This document shows, piece by piece, positions 31,792 through 46,594 of a stretch of DNA of 64,000 nucleotides. The DNA is from the human T2T-CHM13v2.0 reference genome, Homo sapiens. Each line of letters opens with the position of its first letter. The stretch's first letter is position 1. Made by a program: the position numbers and the translations under genes. The notes under the pieces were generated by a model. The model was given only the letters and a program-made list of their open reading frames with translations, was not told the DNA's origin and searched no databases. The stretch lies in assembly GCF_009914755.1 (NCBI RefSeq), contig NC_060935.1; one strand, 5' to 3'.

Positions 31792-32140
31792 TGACATTAA
31801 ATTGGAAGTTTGAGCAAAAACACTGTAAGAAGTTGTTTTCCCAGTCTTAAAGCTGATTCTACTGGTCTAATGTGGTATTTCTCATAATCTACATTTAGGC
31901 CACTGAACAGTGAAAAACAAGTTGAATCTTTAAAACAGCAGAAATTCTCTGGTTAGAGACTATGGAGCCTCATTTACTTGTCCATTTCTCTCAACAAATT
32001 CACATGACCCCCAAGATACTTTCTCAAAATCTCTAGGGTTCTCTGGAACACTATTTATAAACTAACTATTTGCCTGGCTTATCTGCAGTGTTAACCCTAC
32101 AAAGTCATGTAAATCAGCACTAGAGGAAAATTTAACTTAC

Positions 32141-32331
32141 CAATCGGGCTATAGACACCCTGAATGTTGGACATGCCATATGGAATCGGGGAATGGCAAC
32201 ATTAAAGATCTTGTCTTTAAAGTAAAGAAAATGGAAGGTATAATATCCTTCCATGTATCCTGATGTTGTAGAGAATGTGGTACAGCTTGTGTATTCATAT
32301 ACCCGACCTGGGCTGATGATTGGAAATTCAC
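32141..32331 (-). CDS. FBXO3: FBXO3 exon 10 (ApaG domain C-terminal part); unspliced read-through gives ...RLVS* (415-aa short isoform)
   Basis: GEFPIISPGRVYEYTSCTTFSTTSGYMEGYY; 191 nt; donor gtaagt followed by an in-frame TAA at 32134-32132. Confidence 0.97.
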
Positions 32332-32474
32332 CTGCAGGGAAAACAGTAACAATAAACCAAAGTATAAAATTCATTTCTTTATTACAATAAATAAGGTATG
32401 GTCTCCATGGCATTATGTAAACTATATAATAGTAAATGCACAGTTAGAAAAAAAAATTCCAAAAGAAAATGTAA

Positions 32475-32822
<348 letters not shown>

Positions 32823-33787
32823 CTCTCAACATTTTTTTAATGTATTCCTCAAATTCCCTACAATGTAGAAAGTGGGAAGTATCTAGTAAAAAAAAAAAAA
32901 AAAACAGAACAGGCATGTTTCTTTTTCAAAAAGCTTTGAGGCATTGAAGACACAACCTTTAAGACATGAGTAATAAAAAGCATCACAGACACCAGTTCAA
33001 ACAAAGATAAGGTAATCTAAATATTTTTAAAGTAGCAAGAAACAAAAACATAAAATTGTGAAGATGCATCCTAAGCATTCAGACCAGACAAAATGGCACT
33101 CACAAGGGAGAGTCCTTATACCACTGGACCAAATGGCAGAAAAAGAACTGTGGCTTTAATAAAGCCTCTCTCTTAGCGCTAGATCCAGAAAAAATTCCTG
33201 GACTGAAGCCCAGGAAAAAAATTTGTTAAGTAAACATGTAGATCTATCCATGGCAATGAATTTAGAAAACGTTAAACTGAATTCTGTATATGCTTAGAAC
33301 TGATAACAGAAGTACATAGCATAAATATGTTATTTTCCTGGAGCATATATTCAAACCTGAAGCATCTGAGGGCTCAGAGACTTCAGATAATCATAATCTT
33401 TAAGAAAGCCAAATGACAATGGTAACCAGAATTAAAGTGACTGAAATCTACAAACAATAAAAATTCATGCCATTAATTTTAACATTTCCCCCCAAGCTTC
33501 AAAAAACATGACGAATACAAAATTTATTTCCCCCTTTCTGCCCTATGTGTTCTAACCCACAACATACAATGAATAATGAACCAGTTAAAAAAAATAAAAT
33601 AAAATCCACAAAAAGGGAAATCAATCCCTGAATAATTAAGTTTGCTATTATTTCAGAAAAGTTAATGCTTAAGGGATTAAATTAATAGGATAACGACCTT
33701 TATACATTTATATGTTATATTTAGGATGCAAAGTCTAACATTTCTTCTAAGGAATTAATGTATAAACCTAAATCTTGGGTTCCATAC

Positions 33788-33903
33788 CAACTACTCCAGG
33801 TCCTTGAACTTCTTCCACGTCACCCTTAGCATTTGTTATTCTCCAATAGCGACTGTCCAACTGACAGGCCTTCTCAGGAAGTGCATCTTTTGACATTTCA
33901 ATC
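33788..33903 (-). CDS. FBXO3: FBXO3 exon 9 (ApaG: [39 protein letters not shown])
   Basis: 116 nt, AG/GT boundaries, GxGVVG ApaG motif, phase consistent. Confidence 0.97.
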
Positions 33904-34371
33904 CTAGAGAAGGGAATGGGGTGGTAGAGACAAAAATCTGGCTTCTTTGTTTCTTTGGTTTAAGAGATACAGTATTCAGGCTAATACTATGAAGAAAAAT
34001 TTCCAAAAAATTAAGAAACCCAACCCAAAGTCCATGTTAGCCATCTATTTTTCTAAGTTCTCAAAGATACTGGCTTCATTAACTTGATCCCCCTACAAAA
34101 ATGCTTTCACTCAACTTATGCATTTGACTGTCAGTGTGGATCAACAACAGAAAGGGCAACATAAAATGTGCAACATAATGGTGACAACAATCTTTCGCTG
34201 TTCAAATAAAGATCAATTTGGCAAATGCTTTCTAGAAAATAGTGCCATGAAAAACTTCCGGAGAACTGAAAGTCTCTCTTTAACTGCATGAGACTATACA
34301 ACCCATTTCCCTTTTTTCCATTAGTTTCTAGACAGTTTAAGACAAGATGTCACCAGTTACTGGGATTACAC

Positions 34372-34673
34372 TTTTTTTTTTTTTTTTTGAGACAGGGTCT
34401 CACTCTGCCACCCAGGCTGGAGTGCACTGGTGTAATCTTGGGCTCACTGCAGCCTTGACCTCCTAGGCTGAAGCCATTCTTCCGCCTCAGCTCCTCTAGT
34501 AGCTGGGGACTACAGGCATGTGCCACCACACCTGGCTAATTTTTTTAAAAATTTTTGTAGGACAAGGTCTCACTATGTTGTCCAGGCTGGTCTTGAACTC
34601 CCAAACTCAAGCAATCCTCTCACCTTAGCCTCCCAAAGTGCTGCGATTATAGGCGTGGGCCACCGTGTCCAGC
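34372..34673 (-). mobile_element. AluJ
   Basis: Antisense dimer; TSD ctgggattacacttt. Confidence 0.93.
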
Positions 34674-35550
34674 CTGGGATTACACTTTGACTCTGTTTCC
34701 CAATGCTATCACTTTCCCCTTTCCCTAGGAATCTGGTGTCTCTTATTTTCACTTTGAGTACCCTATAAGTATGTGTTGGTATTTTTATTTTGAGCACATC
34801 TCAATCCTAGGCAGGATCTAAATCAAACAAGTAAACGACAAATATCTATACATGTGTATTTGGATATAGCAAAGGTTGCATACAGTATCTAAATCCTAGG
34901 ATGCTTCCTGGTAGTTATATTTTACTCAAATACTTCCAGTATGCATATATGCATGTATGTGTATTTTAAAATATACTTATATATTACATAAAATATATAA
35001 AAATATATTTTAAAGCACAGTATCCTTAATCCCTTAGGGCAATGAGTTATCTTTGTGTCATAGCACAGAATACTTCTAACTAACGTAAATTTAAAATATT
35101 TGCTTCTTATTTAATAAAATTCAATGTCTAACACTATGTCTGACATCCATGAAGCACTCAATACACATTTATTAGATTTTTTTAATTGAATATAAATAGG
35201 CCAGATGAAATTTAAAATGCATGACTTTATTATGGCAATTTGAGAGCTTCTAGAATGCATTACAACTTGAAGCTTTAATGACGACTACAACTTAGTGGTC
35301 CATTTCCACAGTACCTGGCACAATACTTGATACCCAGTATATTTTCAAGAAATAACTTAACTTAGAGGTTAATATGAAGTCAAAGTCCTCCATGAACACT
35401 ATCTTGTAGAAAATGTATCCACCTTCCTCCAAACTTCAGCAAGTTCTTTCAAAATGTGTCTTACATATCATGTCAAATGGGACAATAGCAACATGTCCAT
35501 TGGATATATCCCACCATTAACTGAAAGGTGACCCCATTTAAAATTCTCAC

Positions 35551-35673
35551 CTGATTCGGTATGTGAAGAAATAGTGGGGTGGATGTACAGAGCTAAGTTC
35601 TGGCAGAAACGATGTGGAAACTGACACAGTAATATCCCCAGTTGTTGCTACACATTCTGGATCGTGAACATAT
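35551..35673 (-). CDS. FBXO3: FBXO3 exon 8 (ApaG start: YVHDPECVATTGDITVSVSTSFLPELSSVHPPHYFFTYRIR)
   Basis: 123 nt, AG/GT boundaries, phase consistent. Confidence 0.97.
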
Positions 35674-36534
35674 CTAGGTAATTTAAAAATTAAACATTTT
35701 AAAATCAACTACAGGATTTAAAAGATACGATGCAAAATAGGTTATACTTTAGGACAAAAAATTTAAATCATATTTCAGACCCAGAAAAGTTCAATAATAT
35801 TTGGGTATAGTCCTATTAAACTTTGAAGGAAACTAGAAACAAACTACAAAACCTTGGTGACTCTGGATCAGTAATGACAGCAATCAAGGTTCAATGATCA
35901 GTGGTTCAAATAACGGATTGGTAATTAGCTTGGAAACAAAAATGAGCTTATTCAGTTTCCAGGGCTAAGGAAACTTTTGGGACATCTGAAAACCCAGCTG
36001 CATGATGTCCAATGCTAAATGATGGCTCTGACAATAAAAATGTGCAAGTATGCTGTTCTCAGAAGCCTCTAATGTATAATCAATCTATCATTTCTGCCAA
36101 CCAGGCTATTATGAACCAGTATTACCTCCAGTACTCCCTACAATACCTGAATGTTCCATTTAGAGATAATAAATATTTGCCAGGAATTAACAGTTACCGA
36201 CTTGCTATTCATAATAAATCTATCAGTTGCCAAATAACTTTTTGGTGTTTTTCAAAAATAAATTATATAGATACTATTAACCCATAGTTTCTAAATCAAA
36301 ATCAGCTTTTTCTTGATTCTTCTGGATAGGAAAAATACCAGTTGTCTAAGCATTTAGATGTTTGGCTTTAAAGTGAGAATAAAATAGTGAGACTGAAGAC
36401 AATCTTCTATTATCAACCTCAATAGAGAGGTTCTATTATCAACCTTCTTGGGAAACTTCATTTCATGATCTGTGACTTATCATTTTTCTCTGATTTACAA
36501 TCATTTCAATCCAAAAAGACCCAAAATAAAATAC

Positions 36535-36619
36535 CTGAAAATTTGGTCTCTGATGATGGGGAAGCCACCTGATACAACATTTTTGACATAAGAGGTAAAC
36601 CAGTCAGTAAAAGTAGCAC
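36535..36619 (-). CDS. FBXO3: FBXO3 exon 7 (ATFTDWFTSYVKNVVSGGFPIIRDQIFR)
   Basis: 85 nt, AG/GT boundaries, phase consistent. Confidence 0.96.
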
Positions 36620-39466
36620 CTATAAACCAGGAAAGGGAGAAAAAAAGAAAAGAACAAATAGTTTTGTAAAATCTATACAGGAAACAATTGTAATTCCTCT
36701 ATGCTTTAGAATGTGATACCAAAACTAGAAACATTTATAGATATAATTGTACTAATTATTTATAAGATCAATTTCTATTCTCAATTCTATCCACCTTATT
36801 TCCTTGGGATTCTCCCCCTCTTCATCCCCCCAACTATTGTTAGAGAATCCTCCAATGACCTTCAGACTATTTTTTTACACTTATAATTAATCAAATTTTA
36901 AACTTTAATTCATTGTGGTACAAGAATGAAAAGCCTTCTGTCTGTAATTTATTGAACATATAGAACAAAGAAAATACAGCTATGACTAGGAAGAAACTAC
37001 AAGAAAAATATCAGCACCTATTCTCAGACGTCCCTGGTCCAGGTACATCCTGACTCAAGCACAAAATTTTGGCAGAAGCCAGGCTCAGTCTGGACATCTA
37101 CCAGGGACATGGCATTGTGGAGTTCTGTGCATCGGGCCAATCCCAAAGTGGTCTAGTTGCACACTACTATAGATTTAATTGCACAGCGGTCCTCCATCTT
37201 CTTAGTGACCAGCTCAAAGCAGAAAAGGATTACTGGAACAGTCTAGTCCAGACCATATATCTGTGATCTAATGATTGGATTATAACAAGTATTTACATGA
37301 ATTAATAATGTTTACCCCTTCTAGGTAATATTTAACATAACTCTGTCAGACCCCCCATTATTTACTGTTAATACATCTCAGTGCCTGGAATGTATTAGTC
37401 CTTTAATTAATGTTGTTCAACAATGAATTTCTTTGTAATCTGGTTTCAATTAACCCAGTTTCTACACTCTGTCACACTGAATGTCAGATGCTAAATTTAT
37501 AGTGTTTACTAATTATTCTATTTAGGGAATGATAAAAGATACAATTTGGCTTATATCTAAGGGTACAAGGCTTTAAACTTTTAAAAGGCATCAACTGAGA
37601 GAAGGCAAACTATAATAGTTGGCTCTTTCCTCAATATCTATTAATGACCCATTCTGACCCAATATTTATTAAACACTATTGTATTCAAGGTTCACTGATC
37701 ATGTACCTACTTTGAGTAAGATATTAAGAAGTTATATAAATAATGTCATTAAAATTCATAGAAGGTATAATTTTACGTTTTTAGCACTAGTACTTTCTCT
37801 GAAAGAGTTTTTAAAAATCATATATATGTATATTTTGTGGAAAAAAGTTATATAACTAAAAACAAATTTGTGGTTTGCATAAAAAAAATTGGAATGGTGT
37901 ATTTTAATCTACCTTATTTTATTACAATACGTACCAGAGTGTATTCTTTAAGATGAGGACAGACTAGGCAGCATTCACTACTAAACTTATCTGACAGATT
38001 CCAGGTTTCTTAAATATCTATTATTAGTACACTGAACACCAGGATATGCCATTTTGTGTGTTACCAGTCTAAGCAAACTTAGTTGAATCAAGATGCAATT
38101 TATATGTTCTAAGGTAATTTACCTTTTAAAGTAAGCCCATGTGTTGGGGTCTCTCTGATGGTTCTGGAGCTTTATCAAGGCAGCTGAAAGGAAGCTCCTT
38201 TTTCGTCCTTCCTCCCTGCATTAACTTCTCACCTCATCTCTTCTCAGTGTCTCTCAATCTTTTGCTTTGCTCTCCCATTTTAAGAGAAATCCCAGCTACT
38301 GGCATAGTATTATTACACCTTAGTACTCTGCTGGAGTGGTGAGGTTCTACATACCATGTCAGACGAGCACCAAACTAAGAGTAAGGAACTCACAGAGGCT
38401 GGGCAGCAGCTTACCTTAGCACTCAGCTGCCTTCCATTTATAAACTGAGTAGCACTGCTGGACCACAGCCACTATGGTAATCTCTGAAAGTGTGTGCTAT
38501 GCAAAAATAACAACGAGGGCAATGAGCACAGGAAAAACCTCCAGAGAGTGCTTAACTTAGAAACCAGAGACCACATGAGTCAGAGTGAGCTGAAACCTAG
38601 GACCTACATTTAAAAGCTTTTTATAACTTACTAGGTAAGAGTGAGATCTTGATATTATGAAGTACACCATGAACGTGGAATGTGCCATAGTATGGAACAA
38701 ATAGAGACTTATACATTGTTCAAAGTTCCAATGAGAAGACAGAAGTGAATACAAATGCCTCAGTCTACAAGGACTCTTTACTATTCATATATGTAGATGT
38801 TTAATATATGTCAGTCAGTACCCTTAAAAAGCAAAATGGACAGTCTGGAGGAATCTTCTCTGGATGATCAAAATCCAAACAAGCCAAGACGGGATAAATA
38901 GCAAAGGGGTGAGCTGTAGTTACTTACAAATTGAAGGGTTCTCAAAACCTATAAGAAATACTCTTTTAAGGCCAAGAAAAACTAGTTGTACCAAGGAGTT
39001 TATGAGGCATAGAGTTTATATTAGTCCCTAAAGACTTGCTTTGGAGGTCTCTAATGTGACTTAGTATCTTAATGCTACTGCATTAGCACCAAAAGAGAAA
39101 AAGTTTAAAGTTGCTTTATATATCTGTATCCCCAATTATACATGAATATAATGAATAATACATGTGCATGTTAAGAAAAATATATACACATTCACAGCAC
39201 TTCTACATATTTCATTGCCTTATAGAAGAGTCCTCAGAGCATGAGATTGTATATGGACTAGCTTTTTTCAAAATTAAAAATATTCAATACAAAAACGGTT
39301 CTAATGAAAACCTAGATGCAGTACTTTATAAACCAGCAAACCTTAAAGAAATCCAAGTATGAAATTGCCAGCTGCTAAAGTAGCTGAAAAAGTTTTTACC
39401 ATTTTAATTTTTTTATTATATCCAGGAAGAAGAAGAAGGGGGAAAAAAGACTTTTTTCTTTCCTAC

Positions 39467-39512
39467 CTATAATAAACATGTCAATAGCAGCTGGATTTCG
39501 AGCCATTTGGTC
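39467..39512 (-). CDS. FBXO3: FBXO3 exon 6 (DQMARNPAAIDMFII|G)
   Basis: 46 nt, cctag/gtagga; needed to keep the frame between exons 5 and 7. Confidence 0.94.
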
Positions 39513-39874
39513 CTAGGTGAGAAAAAGAATACAATCGATAAAAACACATTTTACTTAATTTTTCATTGTTCATTATCTGTATCTTTCCCTGGAGACGAGG
39601 CAAAACAGATAAAAATAAAGTTGAGATAAGAAGATATATGGCTTGTTATCCTAGAAGAAAGGGTTCTGAATCAGAGTCAAGAGATCCGAACAGTTCTAGG
39701 TTACTCATTTCTTTCAGTAAATGGAGAGACCAAGCTACCATCCTACAACCTTACAGAGACATCAAGTAAAAAAATGAGATAAAAAGTATGAAAATGCTTT
39801 AAAAAGTTAAAGCTATAAAAGCTCTTTAAATATGTAAAATGTTATATAGAGTCACATGTCTCAACTATGAAAAG

Positions 39875-40218
<344 letters not shown>

Positions 40219-40783
40219 TAAGTAAAAAGTTCATATCTAGGCAAAAATGAAGGCAGAGGTTGTGTAACTGAGAAATTACTGATAACTGAAAATTATTTTT
40301 TCATTTTTATTAAATGAAACCAATACCATATTTTCTGTGGTTACATTAAAACAATAAAAGTCTCCTAAAAAAGAACTACATTTTTCGATACATCAAATAC
40401 CCACTGAACAAAGTTTTAAAAGTTTCTATTGCACTCAAAGCATGAATCAAAGGATGTTCAAAGGCTAAATTTTTGGAAAGTCTGAAACACATATTACAAT
40501 TAATTACTTCAACAAAAAGCTCCTCATTAATTTTCCTTAAAATACCTTAAGACAAATTGCAGCTTTTCCTCTGTATATACACCAGTTTTTTATGTCCAAC
40601 TGTCAAGTTTTCTCTTGGGTTCCATGCCATTATGTCAGAATATTAACTCTAGTTAGAGAGGTCTATAACTAAAATGCATAATATTCTATACCCATTCTAC
40701 AATCCTGAAAATACCTAATGCATGCATTTATACAACCATCAGAACACATCTTAATGCCATATTTAAACACACGTTCTACTTAC

Positions 40784-40988
40784 TGGACATTGGTAGAAAA
40801 CTTCATTTTTGTTTCGGCCCTCTGCAGCTTCCACTGCTATGTACTGACTCAAACCAGTATGTATGCAAAAAGTTAAAGGGAGACAGTATTTCAGTCCCTG
40901 TCTCTGCTGGAATCCTCCGGCAGCTGTATCGACGTCTAACAAATCTTCAGAACGATAGTGATTAGACAGTGCCATGCTTCCCAATAAC
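40784..40988 (-). CDS. FBXO3: FBXO3 exon 5 (SMI1/KNR4-like region, LLGSMALSNHYRSEDLLDVDTAAGGF...YQCP)
   Basis: 205 nt, AG/GT boundaries; lies in ORF track entry 40763..40999. Confidence 0.97.
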
Positions 40989-41754
40989 CTGAGGAGCATA
41001 CAGACTCAAACATGTAATACACGGCAGTGCCAAAGAGCTGTGCTTCATCTTTCTGATGAATAATAATTTCCCACTCACAACTTTATAAGTACTAATTAAC
41101 ATGACAATTCTAAATCAGGAATACCCAAAGCACTATAATTTCTAAATATTTAATTCAAACTCTTTTGATTGGAAAAAAGATTCTGATTTAAATTGAAAAT
41201 TAATTAAATGTCTAAATGGCAATGTTTTAAAAAGAAATACAGTTTTACTGTTTTCAACAATCTATCCTGCCATGATATATTGATTTGCTGGTGTTTTGCT
41301 AGCCATGTATGTGTGGCCAATTTAATGTTTAAAGAAGTAAATTCTCTGATGCTGTTATCTTGATACAACCTTTAGCTTACCCTATGCAACCAGACAGTAT
41401 AAATGTAAAGCAGCTTAAACCTTGTCCAAAGTTTCAAAAACTTGGATGCCTGGGGTATAGATTAATCTCATTAAATATATATATAGCAATACAGGTATCA
41501 AGGTATTCCTTGATGAGATTCCTAAGTCTCAATGCTTGAGCCATGTATAGATAAAAATCCCTGTGTTGCAATTTATGACCTATTGGTCATGTCAGTTCTG
41601 GGCAACTCTTCTAACAAAGTTCTCTCCTGTTTGCTCTTAAAATCTGACAGTTTTTCAACTTTGTCAAGTTTCAGTTCAATAGGAAAAAATAGCCAATAAT
41701 TTAGGGTCATCTAGTCCTAACTGACTTCTATGTCTGACCCATGCCTAGTATTTG

Positions 41755-42042
41755 ATTTCTTTCTTTTTTTTTGAGACAGGATCTTGTTCTGTCACCCAGG
41801 CTGGAGTGCAGTGCTTACTGCAGCCTCAGACTCCTGGGCTCAAGAGATCCACAGCTCCTGAGTAGCTGGAGCTATAAGTGCATGCTACCAAGTCTGGCAA
41901 ATTGTTTTTAACTTAATTTTTTATAGAGACAGGCAGGATCTTGCTATGCTACCCAGGTTGGTCTTGAACTCCTGACTTCAGGAGTCCTCCTGCGTTGGCA
42001 TCCCAAAGAGCTAGTTTCAGGTGTGAGCGACCACACCCTGCC
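41755..42042 (-). mobile_element. AluJ, diverged
   Basis: Antisense dimer with deletions. Confidence 0.88.
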
Positions 42043-42364
42043 CCCAAGATTTGACTTCTGAATACCTTATAATCTCAATGTGATCACCTTTGGGATTCCC
42101 TGTACTCATTCAACCCTCATCTGAAATTGTAACAGAGCCTCACATGATTCTTCACATACAAAGGAACACCAGGTTCCAATAAGAACAGTGCAAAGCTCTC
42201 CTTAAATTCTTATTAGCATTTCACAAGCACAATGTCTCTGAAATAGCTTACTTTCATAAAAGTACAAAAGGAGTAGACCCATTCAAAGCATATATGCCTT
42301 CTAAAACTGTGGGTGAGTTTTGATGACTACTGCATGGTCTACTTTTACCCAAAAGTTCCACAAT

Positions 42365-42669
42365 GTAAAGTGGATATAGTGGCTGGAAGGCTGAGGCAGG
42401 AGGATCCCTTGAGCCTAGGAGTTCAAGACCAGCCTGGGCAATATAGTAAGACCCCATCTCTAATAATAATAATAATAATAATAAAAAAATAAAAATTTAA
42501 AATAATAAAAGTTTATAAAACAAATCTTAAAAAAAAAAAAAAAAAGCTGAGCCAGGCACAGTGGTATATGCTTGTAGCCCCAGCTACTTGGGAGGCAGAC
42601 GCAGGAGGACTGCTTGAGCCCAGGAGTTAAATACCACTAGCCTGGCAACACACCAAGACACCATCTCTT

Positions 42670-42700
<31 letters not shown>

Positions 42701-42983
42701 GTGGTTTGCATCTGTAATCCCAGCACTTTTGGAGGCTGAGGCAGGAATTTTTTGAGCCCAGGAATTCAAGACCAGCCTGGGCAACATGACAAGACCCCAT
42801 CTCTACAAAAAATACAAAAAAGTAGCTGGGCATGGTGGTGCGCCTGTACTTCTAGCTACTGGGACAGCTGAGGTGGCAGGATTGCTTGAGCCAGGGGAGT
42901 CAAGGCTGCAGTGAGCTGAGATCATGCTACTATACTCCAGGCTTGGGGACCGAGCAAGACCCTGTCTCAAAAAAAAAAAAAAA
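42365..42983 (+). mobile_element. Composite Alu cluster (monomer + monomer + AluJ dimer)
   Basis: Four Alu arms separated by A-rich tracts; aaaagttccacaat on both sides. Confidence 0.88.
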
Positions 42984-43499
42984 AGTTCCACAATAAATAC
43001 TTCATTCTTTAGAATTAAATTTTAAACAGGCCATTCAATTATAGACTGTGTTTAATATGACAAAACAATTTTATTTAGTGTAGTGTATGCAGCTCTGGAC
43101 AAATGATTGCTCTTTACATGTATAGTAGGTAGAATTTGCATCAAGCTCCCAAAATAATTTGCCTGGCCTGTAATAAGATACACATTTCAAGAGTTCTGAA
43201 GAATTTGGTTAAAATATATCGCACATACCTTTACTGTATGTCCCATCCCCCATCCCATACCAGACTTCATTTTAACTATACAAATATATTGATAAAAATT
43301 GTGTTTTTATGAGATATATTTATTTTGGTAAAATCTAATTCAAGCTATAGATTTTGTCTTATGGATTGCTATAAAGGAGAAAGAGGGAATTCCCATGCTT
43401 CTTTAATTTGTTAAGGGTAACTACAAATACAATTTATTTACTTTCATTCTAAAAAATAACTTGCATCATTAAAAATAACCAAAACATTGAATATCTTAC

Positions 43500-43614
43500 C
43501 CAGGAACCACTAACTTCTGTCCATTGTGAATTCGGTATGAACATCGATAATCGTCAGGAAGCTTGCAGCCAATCTGCGCTTCCACAGCATCGAGGTCTTC
43601 CTCTCGAGCACCCT
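43500..43614 (-). CDS. FBXO3: FBXO3 exon 4 (EGAREEDLDAVEAQIGCKLPDDYRCSYRIHNGQKLVVPG, SMI1/KNR4 signature)
   Basis: 115 nt, AG/GT boundaries, LPxDYRxSYRIHNGQ motif. Confidence 0.97.
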
Positions 43615-45370
43615 CTATAAAGGCACAAAAAAGAGTGAATTGTGAAGAAACAGCCTTAAATCTAAGAAGAAATGCAATCTATCTGCTAACTAATGAAACA
43701 ATCTTGGAATGAGTGAATTCTGTCCAAAATATATGGCTGAAATAGAAGGAAATGAATTGAAAACTAATTTGAAGCACTGAGAAAGCAAATTTCTTAGTTT
43801 CCTCCCAACAGGGAAAACACTGGCACTTAGTAAAACATGGAAAGTGGGCACCAATGAGATCCACAATAATGTTTTCACATTATAACACAAACCTCTAAAT
43901 TTCCTAAATCTAAAATATTCATACTGCTTTATTTAAAATAAAAAAAAAAACAGCAAAACCCCTGGAAGTTCTCTAAACTGATGTTATTTAAGAGTTTTAA
44001 CATTGACTCTTAATGGGAAATATAGGACATAAGGTATGGTTCATGTGTGAGGAGGCCATTAACTTGAACTCTATTTTGCATATTTGTAAACTTGCCACAT
44101 ATTCTAGCTTTGAGAAGTGGGAAATAATGACAAATACCAAGAGATGAGATCGACATTCAGCAGCAGCCCACCAGGTTGTTGGACTAAACCTCTTGCTGAA
44201 TAGTGAAAACAAAAAATTGGCTTGAAGACTTTCGAAGAGTCACAACGGTAGGGGAGAGGGGTCCAGGAGAAGAGAGAGACTGAGAGGTGGGCCAGGCATC
44301 GGAAGCCACCTTGTCTTTAGACAAGAATTGCTGTCAATTCTGAAAGCAAATATGAGGTTGAGTGGCCAAGAAGCTGAGCAAAGCTTTAGGCAGTACCACA
44401 GGGCTAGAGGGCAAAACAAACAGAGTTCAGGGTCCACAAAGGAGAGAGGGACCTGGTAAAACCCAAGGTTTTTGGGCTAGGATTCTGACTGACATCCTAG
44501 GAAAAAGGATGAACTGAAAATAAGACTAGTCCTCACAAAGACTAAAGCCCAGCTTTCAATCATGTCAATCCCTGATTGCATTACAGTGATCTGCCCATTG
44601 ACTAGCTGCTAGCCAAAAGCAAAAGTAATCTCTAGAAGAAAATAACATTACCCCAAAATTCAAATTATGTCTAGCAATAAATTAAAAACAACTAGGCCTA
44701 TACCAAGACAAGATCTGACTAAAGAAAGAGGAAAAAATAGAAAATAGAACCAAATCCATAATACATCGTTATTGGAGTTAAACATGGACTTAAAAATAAC
44801 CACAACTGATACATTCAATGAATTAAATGAAGATGGAGCATTTCAGCAGAGAACTAGAAACTATAAAAATGAATCAAATGGAAATCTTAGAGCTGAAAAA
44901 TGCAAAAACTAAAATAAGAATACACTGAAAGGGTTTAACAGCAAATCATAGTTTTAAAGCTAAAGAGGGAATTATAAACTGGAAGCCAGGTCAGAAGACA
45001 AAAAGGGACGGAAAAACACAAAAAGAGCCTAAGACACATATGGGAGGACATGGCAGAAAGGTCTATGATACGTGCACTAGAATCCCAGAGGGAGAGGAAA
45101 AGCAGAATGAAGTAGAAGCAGTATTTGGAGATAACAGCAGAGAATTTTCCAAAATTGATGAAAATGTCAAACGATGATTCAGAAGCACCATAAACCCTAT
45201 GGAGAAAAATTACAAAGAAAAGTTATCTAGATACATCTTGGAAAACTGCTACAATCAAAGACAAAGATAAATTTTAAAAGCAGTGTGGTGGGTGCAGTGA
45301 GGGTATAATTACCTTCAAAAGAGAAACAATAAGACTGACAGCTAAATTCTCTGCAGAAACAATAGAAGTT

Positions 45371-45678
<308 letters not shown>

Positions 45679-46594
45679 TCAGAAGAATGATATCTTCAAA
45701 CTGATGAAGAAAAATCACTGCTGACCAAAACCCTATAACCAGTGAATATATCTTCAACAATGAAGATGAAATAAATACATTTTTAGATAAATGAAAGAAA
45801 AATTCAGCAGCAGCAGTTAGAAGAAATACCAAAAGGAATTCTTCATGTGGAAGGAAAGTGATCCCAGATGGAAGCATGAAGACACAGGAAGGAATAAAGG
45901 GCAACCAGAAAAGATAAATATGAAGGTAAGTCTAAAAGAATATTGAATATGTAAAATAAGAATGTTTTCAGGGAAATTAAATATGTTAAAAAACAAAATC
46001 ACAAAAACAATAAATCAAAAGGCAGGTAGGAGGTGATTGGAGTTAAAGCATTCTAAAGTTCTTTCATTGTCCAGGAAGTGGAAAAAATACTAATTTACAT
46101 TAGACTTTAAAAAGTCAAAGATGCAATGTTTTAATCTCTAATATAATCACTAAAAAAAGAAAGGAGAAGAGAATGGAATAAAACATAATTAAGAAGATTA
46201 CAGAAATGGAACAGTGAACAGGTGGGACAAATAGAAAAACAGAAACATGGTATAGCTCAACTCAAACACATTAGTAAATCTATTAAATATGAATAGACTA
46301 AATAATCTAATGAAAAGACAAACAGATCAGATAAAAAACAAAAAATTATATACAAGACACATCTTAAAGTAAATACAGAAAACAAAGCTAGAGTAGCTCT
46401 ACTAAAATCACATGAAATGAGACTTTAAGGCAAACAACTTTATTAGAGCTAATGGAGGACTTTTCGTAATAACAAAAAGGTTAAATTCACTACACAGGTG
46501 TTACAATTCTAATTTTATGTACCTAATAAGAGCTTTAAAAAATATTTTTAAATGACAAATAAAATGGGGAAAAGATATCTACGATCACAGTGGC

